Assembly: GCF_006345805.1 (NCBI RefSeq)
Contig: NW_021829597.1
Span: 1-32,206, forward strand
Origin: Octopus sinensis
Taxonomy: Eukaryota
DNA: 32,206 bases
Direction: 5' to 3'
Below are positions 11,414-23,004 of the stretch, piece by piece (the stretch's first letter is position 1; the number at the start of each line of letters is the position of its first letter). The notes beneath the pieces were generated by a model. That model made no database searches and had not been told where the DNA came from. It was given only the letters and a program-made list of their open reading frames with translations. A program made the position numbers and the translations under genes.

Positions 11414-12098
11414 ATTTATTTTACTAAGCCCTTTTATATAATGTAATAATTGAATTCGCCTTAAATGGTCCCTTTACATACTGAACACTTGGTGAAATGA
11501 TTAATAATTATTAATTTTACCCTCAATTGTTGAAATTATAATTCATCTCTCTCTATTTAATGTTTCGGATTTTACCGAAAAAGCATAGTGTTTGCTGATT
11601 TTAACCCACGCTGGTGGAAAGGGGAGAGCAGAATTCTTCGCTTGCATATTTTGGGTGTGCTGGCACTGTTAGTTTCGAGCAGATCTTCAGAAGCGATAAG
11701 AAGCCGAAAGGTATGCTCCCACTTTCAGTGTTTTCAAATCCAAACCAAGGAGTTCTGAGCTGATGATAGAAATGTCGAGTTGACTAATCTTGAAACGTAC
11801 GTTCTCAAATAACCTTTGCATTTGATTTTTTAATGTCTTTACCCCCATACTTTCGTGAGTTGAATTGAGCAGACACTATATGAGAGAGATTTTTCTTTAA
11901 GTATTAGAAATAGTTTTAAAAAAGTTTTTTTAGCTACTATTTCTAATGAGTTCAGTATGTGGCAAAGTAATTTATTTTACTAAGCCCTTTTATATAATGT
12001 ATAATTTGAATTCGCCTTAAATGGTCCCTTTACATACTGAACACTTGGTGAAATTGATTAATAATTAATTAATTTTACCCTCAATTGTTGAAATTATA
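11414..12098 (+). mobile_element. 556-bp-period non-coding element with ~127-bp direct terminal repeats and an internal hammerhead (Penelope pLTR/retrozyme-like)
   Basis: 11414-11540 is repeated at 11970-12098. HHR at 11756-11807; 12-bp hairpin ATTAGAAATAGT..ACTATTTCTAAT at about 11903-11947. Confidence 0.65.
11756..11807 (+). ncRNA. Minimal type I hammerhead ribozyme
   Basis: Stem I TGAG/CTCA; core CTGATGA (11760-11766); interrupted stem II AGA..GTC/GAC..TCT; GAAA (11792-11795); palindromic stem III ACGTACGT; cleavage triplet GTT (cut after 11803). Confidence 0.75.
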
Positions 12099-12809
12099 TA
12101 TATATATATATAATATATATATAAATACTATGTATATATATAATTTACTATATATATACTCTATATATATTACATATATACTCCATATATACTATATATA
12201 TAAGGTATATCGACATATATATATGCTTATTATGTATAGTCATATATTGATATATATATTATATATATTGACATATATATTATGTATAGACATATACATA
12301 TACAGATATATATATTATGAATAAATATATATATTATATAGAGACTTATATATTGACATATATATACGTATATATATAGAAAGGATAATAAAACGAACAT
12401 ATATATAGATACAGACATATATATTTATATATACATATACATGGACACATACACACACATACATATACACACAAACTATTAAATTCCCATTAACGTAGGA
12501 TTTGTTCGGAGACAGTGTAATGATTATAGACACAGACACGGATGTATAAAATGCAATTAATGAGTAAATAAATATGTCCAATACTGCAAATGGCGACAAG
12601 GAATTAAGCATGCATCTTGTATTCTAATCTCCGACCGCTTTTGATCTGTTAACAAGCTGACTCGATGGATCAAAATTGCAATACGTTAGATTTAAATAGT
12701 TGAAGTCGTCGATAATTTATAATCATCACTGCTATTCGTAGTTATTCATCACCTCTTAGTACTGCTGCTATTCTTACTGCTACGACCAATCGTTAGCCAC
12801 TACAAACAT

Positions 12810-12978
12810 ATTTTCTCTCCTTGTTTCTCTCCTTTTTTCTGTGTCCATGTTTGCAGAAGAGCGTAGGCTCGAAACGTAAAAGACTTTTTCTATTCCTGAG
12901 CGTTATACTAATACATCTGTTTGTTTTGTACACCATCTGTCTTCGTCTTTTGTTGTTTTTTCGTAAATACTCCCTAGT
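12810..12978 (+). mobile_element. Short non-coding repeat with a degenerate minimal hammerhead
   Basis: TTGCAGA-A-GAGC(GTAG)GCTC-GAAAC-GTA-AAAG at 12851-12882; second copy on the minus strand at 21275-21412. Confidence 0.65.
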
Positions 12979-12981
12979 ACA

Positions 12982-13022
<41 letters not shown>

Positions 13023-13029
13023 TAATAAT

Positions 13030-13247
13030 GGTTTCACATTCTAGTGCAAGGGCAACAAATTTTGTTGGTGGGGAGGGACTAGTCGATTACATCGACCCCA
13101 GTATGTAAGTAGTACTTATTTCATCGATCCTGAGAGAATGAAATGGAAAGTCGACCTCGGCGGAATTTAAACTCAGAACATAAAGATGGATGAAACAGCG
13201 CTAAGCGTTTCTCCCGGCGTGTTAAAGATTCTGCCAGAGCACCGCCC
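13030..13247 (-). mobile_element. SINE family C (OR2/MetaSINE-like), full length
   Basis: Minus strand GGGCGGTGCTCTGGCAGAATC..GAGTTTAAATTCCGCCGAGGTCGACTTT..GATCGATGAAATAAGTAC..GGGGTCGATGTAATCGACT, ending in (ATT)n. Confidence 0.85.
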
Positions 13248-13298
13248 AGTAGTAGTAGTAGTAGTAGTTGTAGTTGTTGTTGTTGTTGTTGTTGTTGT

Positions 13299-13779
13299 AA
13301 ATCTTAACTGATTGGAAGTGTTATGTGCACTGTTTTGTCTTGGTATAAAAGATGGGCTACAGCAAGTATTCTGCTCAGTACCACGGATTTGCTTGTCAGT
13401 TGTTTGACTTTAACCACTTGAGCTGACGATACATGCATCTCTGATCATGAGCAGAAGTAGTCGGGGAGCATCATAGCCATGTGTTGAGAGGAATTCTTTG
13501 GAGTTTCGATGATTCACCTCTGGAAACATGCGTGTTTTGTCCAACATCCTTAAACAACCCTTATTCAGGGACCTTTTGAGCGGGATGAAGAAACTTCTAA
13601 GCCCCACTTGCGAGGTCATGCGCTGTTTATCTTGATATGAGATCACCATGTCGTGCACATATGGTTTTGATGCATGTGCCTGGTGTGCCCTTATCAGACG
13701 GCTAGTCATGATGGGTATATTGGGTTTCGTACATTTGTACCCCAGTGTCATGTTGATGGCATACGTTGCTCCCTCACTC

Positions 13780-13780
<1 letters not shown>
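13299..13780. mobile_element. ~480-bp interspersed repeat abutting (AAT)n, copy 1
   Basis: Colinear with 14184-14680; both end CTCACTC followed by (AAT)n. Class uncertain. Confidence 0.7.
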
Positions 13781-13809
<29 letters not shown>

Positions 13810-13811
<2 letters not shown>

Positions 13812-14148
13812 AGGCGCATGGCTCAGTGGTTAGAGCGTCGAGCTTACGATCGTGAGGTTGTGAGCTCGAATCCCGGACCGGGCTGCGTGTTGTGTTCTTG
13901 AGCAAGGCACTTTATTTCACGTTGCTCCAGTTCACTCAACTGTAGAAATGAGTTGCGACGTCACAGGTACCAAGCTGTATCGGCCTTTGTCTTTCCCTTG
14001 GATAACACTGGTGGCGTGGAGAGGGGAGGCCGGTATGCATGGGCGACTGCTGGTCTTCCATAAACAACCTTGCCCGGACTTGTGTCTAGGAGGGTAACTT
14101 TCTAGGTGCAATCCCATGGTCATTCATGACCGAAGGGGGTCTTTACCC

Positions 14149-14150
<2 letters not shown>
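13810..14150 (+). mobile_element. SINE family B, full length, inserted in (AAT)n
   Basis: A-box TGGCTCAGTGG, B-box-like GAGCTCGAATCCC, central GTGTTCTTGAGCAAGGCACT, tail GGGGGTCTTTACCCTT; (AAT)n on both sides. Confidence 0.92.
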
Positions 14151-14183
<33 letters not shown>

Positions 14184-14185
<2 letters not shown>

Positions 14186-14680
14186 GTGTTATCATGTACA
14201 TTGTTTTGTCTTAGAATAAAAGATGGGCTACAGCAAATATTCTGCTTAATACCACATATTTGCCTGTTAATTGTTTGACCTTAACCAATTGAGCATGTCC
14301 TTTAGTGGTTGAAGATATGTGCATCTCTGATCACGAGCAGTAGTGGGGGAGCATCATAGCCATGTGTTGAGAGGGATTCTTTGAGGTTTGAATAATTCAC
14401 CTCTGGAATTATGGGTGTTTCGTTCAACATCCTTAAACAACCCTTATTCGGGGATCTTTTGAGCAGGATGGGTTACTCGACCAGAAGAAAATTCTAACTG
14501 TGCCCCACCTGCAAGGTCATGTGCCGTTTATCTTGATATGAGATCACCATGTCGCGCACATTTGGTTGTGATGCATGTGCCTAGTGTACCCATATCAGAC
14601 GGGTAGTAATGATGGGTATACTGGGCTTCATATATTTTACCCCAGTGTCACTTTGATGGCATGCACTGCTCTCTCACTCA
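14184..14680. mobile_element. ~490-bp interspersed repeat abutting (AAT)n, copy 2
   Basis: Diverged direct repeat of 13316-13780. Confidence 0.7.
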
Positions 14681-14697
14681 ATAATAATAATAAAAAA

Positions 14698-14918
14698 GAC
14701 GTTCTACTTTAGGCACAAGAACGGAATTGTTGGGGAGGGGAACAATCGTTCACATCGACCCCCGTACTCAACTGGTACTTAATTTATTGACCCCGTAAGG
14801 ATGAGCAGCAAAGTCGCCTTGGCTGAATTTGATAATAATAATAATAATGCTTTCTGCAAGACCTAAAATTTGGGGAAGAGTTGATTACATTGACCCCAGT
14901 GTTTCACTGGTACTTCAT
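14698..14918 (-). mobile_element. Two consecutive 3' fragments of SINE family C
   Basis: CACATCGACCCCCGTACTCAACTGGTACTTAATTTATTGACCCCG at about 14751 and GATTACATTGACCCCAGTGTTTCACTGGTACTT at about 14883. Confidence 0.7.
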
Positions 14919-14979
14919 CTTTTTGCCAGATTGCCTCCCTATATAAAATATATCTATTTTATCGATACTAAAATATCAT

Positions 14980-15490
14980 TCCTTCTTCTTCAGCTTCCCC
15001 CTCAGTCTCTTTTGCTCTTCTCCTCTTTTTCCTTCACCCCTGCCATTATTCTTCCTCCACCTACTCATCCTTCTTTACTTCCTCATCCTTCACGTCCTCC
15101 TCTGCCTCCTTAACTTCTTTTCTTCTTCCTCTTTCTCTTTACCCCCTTCTCCCCTTCTCCTCCGCTTCGTCCTCCTCCCATTCCTCAGCCTCCTCCCCTA
15201 CCACCTTACCCCATCGTCTCCTCAAACTTCCTCCTCTTCCTCCATTTCGACAGACTCCACTTTTACTCATTCTTTTCTTTATCGGCAGCCTTCCCTTCTT
15301 CCTCCTCTTCATTCTCCCCTTCTCCCTCCTCCTCGACTTCCTCTTCTTCCTCCTCCTCCTCGACTTCCTCCTCTTTCTACTCCCTTTCCTCTTCCCCTAC
15401 TTCGGCTTCTTTCCTTCTGTTTTTCCACTTCCCTCTCACCTTCCTCTTCTTCTTCATCCACTTACTCTCCTTCATCACCACCCTCATCAT
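14980..15490. repeat. C/T-rich low-complexity tract
   Basis: Degenerate (CCT)/(CTT) on the plus strand. Confidence 0.9.
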
Positions 15491-15735
15491 CGGCACACCT
15501 ATTCCCTACAAACACCTCCATAACAAAAGCCGCCTGCATCTCTAACCAATCTCTTCACCAAGCATCTCTAACTACTCCACCACGTTCCCCACCGCCATTT
15601 GTCGGCCATTTTAAAACCAGTGTAAAGTTGGAAATTTTGCGGTTTTTATGTCGTCGGCCAAATGACCGCCCGGATGCAATCGGAACATTGACTCCTCTTT
15701 CTTTCTCTCTCTTTCTTTCTCTGTCTCTATTTCTT

Positions 15736-15787
<52 letters not shown>

Positions 15788-16077
15788 GGGAATTACTCCG
15801 CCATTCGCTCATTTCGATCTACCTCCACACCTACCTTTCTCTCCACTACCTGCCTCACATTATCTTCACATTCTTCAACAATCATTCGTCCCCTCCCCCG
15901 ACACACACTCCAATACATATACATATATATATACGCACTCGCATATACACTCACACACACACACGCACGCACATATATATATATACTCGCCTCTTACTAA
16001 CACACAAATATATACACCATACGTCAAACTTCTACACACCATAAACCTCTCGCCATTTTAGCCAGCATACAATTGCC

Positions 16078-17710
16078 ACTACAAACCACCGCCACCACTA
16101 CAACAACAACTACTACTACTACTACCACCACCACCACTATCACTACTACTACCACCACCATCCCTGCTACTATTACTACTATTACCCCTACTACTACTAC
16201 TATCACCACTACGACTACTATCACTACTATTACCACTACTACCACCACCACTACTACCACCACTCCTACTACTACCACCACCACCATTACTACTATTACT
16301 ACTACTACCACCAACGCTACTACCACCACCACCACTACTACTACTACTACCAGGAGCAACATCCACAACACCTACGTCGTTGATGCAAAAACCCAGCAAG
16401 AACGCAAGATTCGCCATTAGCCCATTACACAAAACTCCAGCAGCGCCGCCTATGAAACAACGACGACAATAACGCTGTTATTACTGTCCATTCTACTTCC
16501 ACCGATGCCCATACTTGAGAACTTCTTTATGATAACAGCGCCACCCCGCTTCTGCTGCCTATACTATCGTGGCTACTATTGCTTTCATTCTATGGCACCA
16601 CAGCCACAACCGCGACCGTCGCCGCCACCGACGAAGGCGACGACAGCAACGAAGGCGACCACGACGACGACGACGACGCCAAATGCGAACGAACACTAAA
16701 AGTAGCCAATGAGAGGTCTTGGTTGAGGTCGTTCAACATTGCTAAAAATAACAGCCAGATCGCTCTCAATCTACGCTCATCGTATGAGAAAATTTCGTTT
16801 CAGAATGAATAACGTGGTGGTCACGTGTTTCGTTTTAGGTGGGAAAAAGACGGAACGGTGTGAGATGGAATGCCCTTGGTTATTATAAGTTGAGCTGGCT
16901 CGGTCGGGGGTTGACCTGGGGTTAAACAACAACAACAACAGCAACAGCAGCAGCGATAATGACGACGACGACGACGATGACTAGCATTTACGTTTCATTG
17001 ATATAAACGCTCACCTCCAACATCGCCACCGCTACCACCACCACCACAACCACCACTAACACCACGACCATCACCAACACAACTACCATCATCATCACCA
17101 TCACCAACACCCTCACGTCTATTACCACCACCATCACCAACACCACCTCAACCACTAACACCACCACCACCACCACCAACACAACTAGCATTACCATCCC
17201 TCCACCATCACCACTATCACCAACACCACGACCATCGCCACCACCAGCACACCCACTAACACAACTACCACCACCGCCACCATCACCACTATCATCAACA
17301 CCACAACCACCACTAACACAACCACCACCATCACCACCACTACCTCAACCACTAGAACCACCACCACCACTAACACAACCACCACCATCCCCACCATCAT
17401 CACCACCACTACCTCAACCACTAACACCACCACTAACACAACTACCATCATCACCATCACTACAACCACCACCACCACCACTATTATCCCCCCCACCACC
17501 ACCGCAACCATCCCCGCCAGAGAAACGTTATAAACCACCCAAAACCCAACTGCAGCATCCCCCATCACACCTCCTCCAAGTTCACTGCCACCGCCACCAC
17601 CACCACCACCATATCGCTTTCCTTCCTCCCTCTCTTTCTTTCTCTCTCTCTCTCACACCTCCACCCCCGCCGTCATCATAACCATTAAAACCATCGCCAG
17701 ACCACCACCC
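16078..17710. repeat. Degenerate (ACC/ACT/ACG)n trinucleotide tracts
   Basis: Tracts at 16078-16350, 16600-16680 and 17020-17610; source of the poly-Thr and poly-Val ORFs. Confidence 0.9.
16703..16940 (+). mobile_element. Old interspersed repeat ending in (AAC)n
   Basis: CCAATG..TGCTAAAAATAACAG..TGGAATGCCCTTG..GGGGTTAAACAACAAC; loosely aligns with the reverse complement of 18500-18752. Confidence 0.5.
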
Positions 17711-17836
17711 GACATACTCCACGCCGCCCCCTCACCTAGTCCGAATGTCCTCTAAGCTAAATCGAGACCCGAAAGAAAAATAATAATAATAATAATAATA
17801 AAAGAGAAATAAAAAAAAATCAATGGTCTCCTGATC

Positions 17837-17850
17837 GTCGTCATAGCAAC
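17837..17850. promoter_or_regulatory. Candidate RFX X-box
   Basis: GTCGTCATAGCAAC fits the 14-bp X-box consensus RTHNYYWTRRNRAC and lies in a short non-repetitive island. Confidence 0.3.
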
Positions 17851-17914
17851 GGTTTTCTATTTTGTTGAATTAATTGCAATGTTCGGGACTTGATTTGTTA
17901 TGTAAAAATTTTGA

Positions 17915-18789
17915 TGGGGAGGTGATGGTGGTGGCGATTATGGTGTCGGTGGTGGTGGTGGTGGTGGTGGTGGTGGTGGTGGTAATTGTGATGGTGATGA
18001 TGGCAGTGATAGAGATCGTGGTGGTGGTGGTAGTGGTTATGATGGTGATGGTGGTGGTGATAGTGGTGGCTGTGGTAGTGATGATTGCGGTGGTTATGGT
18101 GGTGGTACCGGTGGTGATGGTAGTCGCGAATGTTATGATGGTGATGGTGGCAGTGATAGTGGCACTTGGTTGAAGTGATTGTTGTTGGTGGTCGTGGTGG
18201 TGGTCATGGTGTGGAGTGGCGTGGCGTGGCGTGGCGAATGTTGCGAAACGTTGATGGTGCCGGGGCAGAACTTATGAAGTGTTATTGATAGTAAAAGAGG
18301 TTGAGTTGCAATAGTCGTCATCGTCGTTTTGGTAGTAATGGTGGTGGTGGTGGTGGTGGTGGCCATAGTAATGGTCTGGCGCTGGTGGGGACGGAGTATT
18401 GTTATCGAAGCCACTGCTGGCCTCAATAGTCATTCTGATCGTGGTGTTGGAGGCGGTGGTGCAGAGGCAGCTGCTAAGCTCGGCGATATGATCGCGACGG
18501 TGTTCTTTAACCCCCTAAGATACAGCCCAACCTATCCCACCCCCACTCCCCACCTCACCGACCTGATCAAACCTGAGATCAAAGACATTCCAGTCATGGC
18601 CAACCCATCGCAATTCCGAAGTGTACAGGAGCCAGAACTGTACTATCCAACGTCTCTTTTCTAAGCCGGACGAATCTGTATTGAGGAAGATTTGAGATTT
18701 AACTACTGTTTCTAGCAAATCAGACGATCATGTGGACGATTCCCCATTGGTTACTGGTTCCGATGCGTTTGTGTTTTTTTAACTCGCCT

Positions 18790-18821
<32 letters not shown>

Positions 18822-19260
18822 CTGGTGGTGGTGATATTATTATTAGTAGTAGCAGTTGTGGTGGTGGTGGTGGTGATATTAGTAGTAGTAGTAGTAACAG
18901 CAGTAGCGGAATGGTGGTGGTGGTAGTGGTGATGGTGGTGGTACTTGTAGTATAGTAGTGATGGTAGCGGTTGTAGTAGAGATGGTGGTGGTAGTGGTCA
19001 TTGGTTGATGTACGTCGCTACTGGGTGATAGCAGATAGAGCTGTGATGGTATTCATGCTGGTCATGGTAATGGTGGTGATCGTAGTGGAGGCGATGGCGG
19101 TGGCAGCATTGGTGGTGATGATGATGATGATGATGATGATGGGGTGGGTCATGGTTATGAGTGTTATAGTTGGTTAAAATGGTACTGGTCATCCGTGACG
19201 GTGATGGCTATTATGATGATGATGATGATAATGGTGATGGTGGCATTGGTGGTGGTTTGA
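17915..19260. repeat. Degenerate (GGT/AGT/GAT)n trinucleotide tracts
   Basis: Tracts at 17915-18480 and 18790-19260, opposite in polarity to 16078-17710. Confidence 0.9.
18500..18752 (-). mobile_element. Old interspersed repeat, same family as 16703-16940
   Basis: Minus strand AACCAATGGGG..TGCTAGAAACAGTAG..TGGAATGTCTTTG..GGGGTTAAAGAAC. Confidence 0.5.
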
Positions 19261-19339
19261 GTCAGCTGGTGGGGGGAGGTGTTGACGTTTACATTGATCG
19301 ATGAACTGTGTTTCCGGTTAGGTAAGAGCAGAGGAGTAG

Positions 19340-19780
19340 TATAAGGAGGGGGAGGAGGAGAAGAAGAAGAAGAAGAAGAAGAAGAAGAAGAGAAGAAGAA
19401 GAAGAAGAAGAAGAAGAGAAGAAGAAGAAGAAAATGTGAGACATAGCGAGACAGAGAGAGGGGTGTTGGTTGGGAGAGAAATGGAGGTACAGGTTGATGG
19501 AATTCGTGGAATAAATAGAGGTAGAGGTAGATAGAGGAAGAGGTAGAGGAGAAACAAGAAGCAGCAACAGCGGAGAGAAAAGGAGCGGGAGGAGGAGAAT
19601 TCAGTAATGCAGGGGAAGGAGTAGGAGGCAGTGTGAAGTGGAGGTGGTACTTCCGTATTTCGTAAGCAATAAAGACGAGGTTTATGGCGAAGGGGGAGGT
19701 GTTGAATAGTGGGAGGGAGAGTGAGAGAGAGGAGAGAAGGGGGAGATACCGATGAAGGGAAGAATTCGAAGAAGAATTTT
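19340..19780. repeat. (GAA)n and G/A-rich tract
   Basis: Near-perfect (GAA)n at about 19360-19432. Confidence 0.9.
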
Positions 19781-19837
19781 CGAATAAAAACAAATAAAAA
19801 AAAGTAATAACTGAGGGGCTGAATCGATTTTTGCTTA

Positions 19838-20085
19838 GGTGAATGGATGGATGGATGGATGGATGGGTGTATATGGATGGATGTGTGCACGGATGGGTGA
19901 ATGGATGGATGGATGGGTATATGGGTATGTGAACATAGATGGATGTGTGCACGGTTGGATGAATGAATGGATGGATGGATGGGTATATGGGTGTGTGGAC
20001 ATAAATGGATGTGTGCACGGATGGGTGAATGAATGGATGGATGCATGGATGGTTGGTTGTGTACATGTATGAATGGACGGATGGC
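19838..20085. repeat. (GGAT)n-based minisatellite with ~64-bp higher-order unit
   Basis: GTGTGCACGG recurs at about 19883, 19945 and 20011 within GGAT runs. Confidence 0.85.
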
Positions 20086-21197
20086 TCGAGGGAATGCTGA
20101 AATTATCATTTAATGGTTCAGTCAGGAAGAAGCAGATACCACCCGTGACCCTTGCAAGCTCCCCTAGATAGGGAGAGATTGATGTGCTTGATATACATAT
20201 CGAGCTGTCGATAAATGCATAAAAATGTAGATGGGAGCGAAGGAAGGGGATTCCAAGCGGCTGAAAATCTGGGCAAGAAGGATTAGGTAATAAAAAAAAT
20301 TGAGTTATTACATCGCCTGCAGAGAAACAACGTTTCTCACCCACACACAAGTATCATAAGTTCGGTAACTCACACAACGTAAAGGTCAGTTAATCATGAC
20401 AGGATAACATTGCTTCCAAGATCAAAGAGCACAACTGTCAAACAATATGTAACTGTCTACCTCCATCATAATCAGTTTGCAGACTGAGGGATCAGGAATT
20501 GATAGGCCTTCTAATAACATGGAACATAATTGATAGGCCTGAAACATACATTATTGGAAGCATGGCACAGTAAATCTGCACGTCTGATAAACTCCAGAAA
20601 TTGAAGCAAACTTTATCTCCTTATCCAGAAATCTCAAATATTGTCCAAATGTCATCAACATTGGTAATTTCTTGATGAAAATTTCCCAACTTTTAAGAAA
20701 CTCGGTGTCATAACACAATGAGTTTGGTTCGAAAAGTCGCGATGAAAAATCAGATTGTGACAGGGTGAGTTACTGCCCTTGAAGCTCAAAACCCTGCATT
20801 TCATCTCTCTATAATTGGCAAATAGAAGAGAGTTTAAAGGCCAACAAAAGTTTCAGTAAATGCTTCAAATTAAACAAAGCGAAACAGCATTAAAAGTGCA
20901 TGGGTTCATCTAGCACATTACTTCGTTTTTCAAAATCATGATATCAATAATCGTAGTCGAATACCTCCCGTGTTTGACTGTGTAAAAAATTTATATGAGG
21001 ATGTAGTGAATTCATTGATGGTGTTTAAGTAAATATTCTCTACATCAAGAACTGAGTAGCACCTTCTACCGCATTTACGCAGAAACACAAACATACGTAC
21101 ATACAACCTTACATGTTAACATATACGTGGACACAAATATATACAAGCATGTATGTAGGAATGTATGCGTTTATACAGGGACAGATAACAGATTTAC

Positions 21198-21243
<46 letters not shown>

Positions 21244-21274
21244 TGTGTGTGTGTGTGTGTGTGTATTTATATAT

Positions 21275-21412
21275 AGAGAGAATTCACAAAAAAAAAAAAC
21301 AGAAGACGAAGACAGTTGGTGTAGACAACAAACAGATGTATTAGCATAACGCCGGGAAGTGAAAAAGTCTTTAACGTTTCAAGCCTACGCTCTCCCTCAC
21401 AAAGGAACACAG
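21275..21412 (-). mobile_element. Second copy of the short hammerhead-relic repeat
   Basis: Minus strand CTTT-GTGAGGG-A-GAGC(GTAG)GCTT-GAAAC-GTT-AAAG (21404-21369), then GCGTTAT.CTAATACATCTGTTTGTT..CTGTCTTCGTCTT as at 12900-12950. Confidence 0.65.
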
Positions 21413-21422
21413 ATATATACAT

Positions 21423-21508
<86 letters not shown>

Positions 21509-21829
21509 CACATAAGCATATATACATGCGTACATACGAACACATACGCATATTATATATGTGTATGTATATACAGCAGTGTAGATATATATATTATTTT
21601 TGTTGATATTTGTATCGATGAAGGGTTGTACATATGCCGATGCCAGACACATAGGTGGATAGATAGATAGATTTACAAGTATATACACGCAGACACAAAT
21701 GTGTATATATATATGTATATATATATATAGGTATATATATTTGTAAGTATGCACATAAATACGTACGTATGTATATGTATGTATGCATATATATATGTAT
21801 GTATATGTATGTATGCATATGTACGTATG

Positions 21830-21897
<68 letters not shown>

Positions 21898-22674
21898 CAT
21901 ATATACGTACATACGTGTGTCTCTGTGTTGTGACATAGATATGCTAGTGGTACACATACGAACATATTTGTGAGTGTGCATGTATCTATACATATGTGTG
22001 TGTATGTGTATTTTTATTTATGTTTATGTGCATGTACATATATATATATATATATACCCCCTCCACACACACACAAATGCAGATTCAAACACGAGCGAGC
22101 ACGCACCCACCCACCCACACACACACATACACACACTCCAGTAGGTACATAAATATCGACGAGGAAAAACAGAAAGAAAATGACAGAGGAGAAAAAAAAA
22201 AGGAGAAGCAAAAAGCGAGCCAGCGAGATATGTAAGCCAGACAAAGAAACACTGACGTCAGCCATGTAAAATATGGCGATGATTAATATTTATTTCTAAG
22301 TTTCTATTTCTTATTGATAATATCATCCATTTATTCACGTGGTTTCAAGAATATCGACATGGCTTACCCATTGCTCTAATCTCTGCAAGCCATATTGAAA
22401 GGCAGATCGGTTCCTGCACAACATTATATATCGACGACACGGTAGTATTTTTTGGAAGCTGTTAAAGTGATAGGAGGTTCTTTAAAGTTATACACACAAG
22501 CATGAAAACGCGCGTGCATACATACAGGCATGTAGACATATACACAGGCGTACAAACATACATATATGTGTGTGGGTATGTGTGTGTGTTTGCATCCACA
22601 CAGACACAAACACACACTCGTATACGTGTGTATCTAGATATCAAAAAAACATACAAGTACAGAAATGTGTGTGT

Positions 22675-22720
<46 letters not shown>

Positions 22721-22938
22721 TCATCTCTCTATATATATATAAACTCATCTATATATATATGTATATGTATACTCATCTATATATGTATATATATACTCAT
22801 CTATCTATCTCTCTCTATATATATGCATATATATATCATCTATATATACATATATATGTATATATAATCATCTATATATATATACATATATACTCATCTA
22901 TATATATATATACACTCATCTATATATATATTTATCAC

Positions 22939-23004
<66 letters not shown>

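Noticed and set aside
11665-11695. Minus-strand CTGAAGA-tctgctc-GAAAC hammerhead-like core
   Set aside because: No stem II and no convincing stem I or stem III pairing; at most a relic.
13410-13833. 123-aa and 61-aa non-low-complexity ORFs
   Set aside because: They lie in a repeat whose second copy has indels and does not keep the frame.
16024-18664. Mucin-like poly-Thr and poly-Val ORFs
   Set aside because: Trinucleotide tracts open on both strands and in several frames, with no splice or domain support.
19164-20350. 171-300 aa His/Pro-rich minus-strand ORFs
   Set aside because: Products of (ATCC)n and (CTT)n; three frames are open at once.
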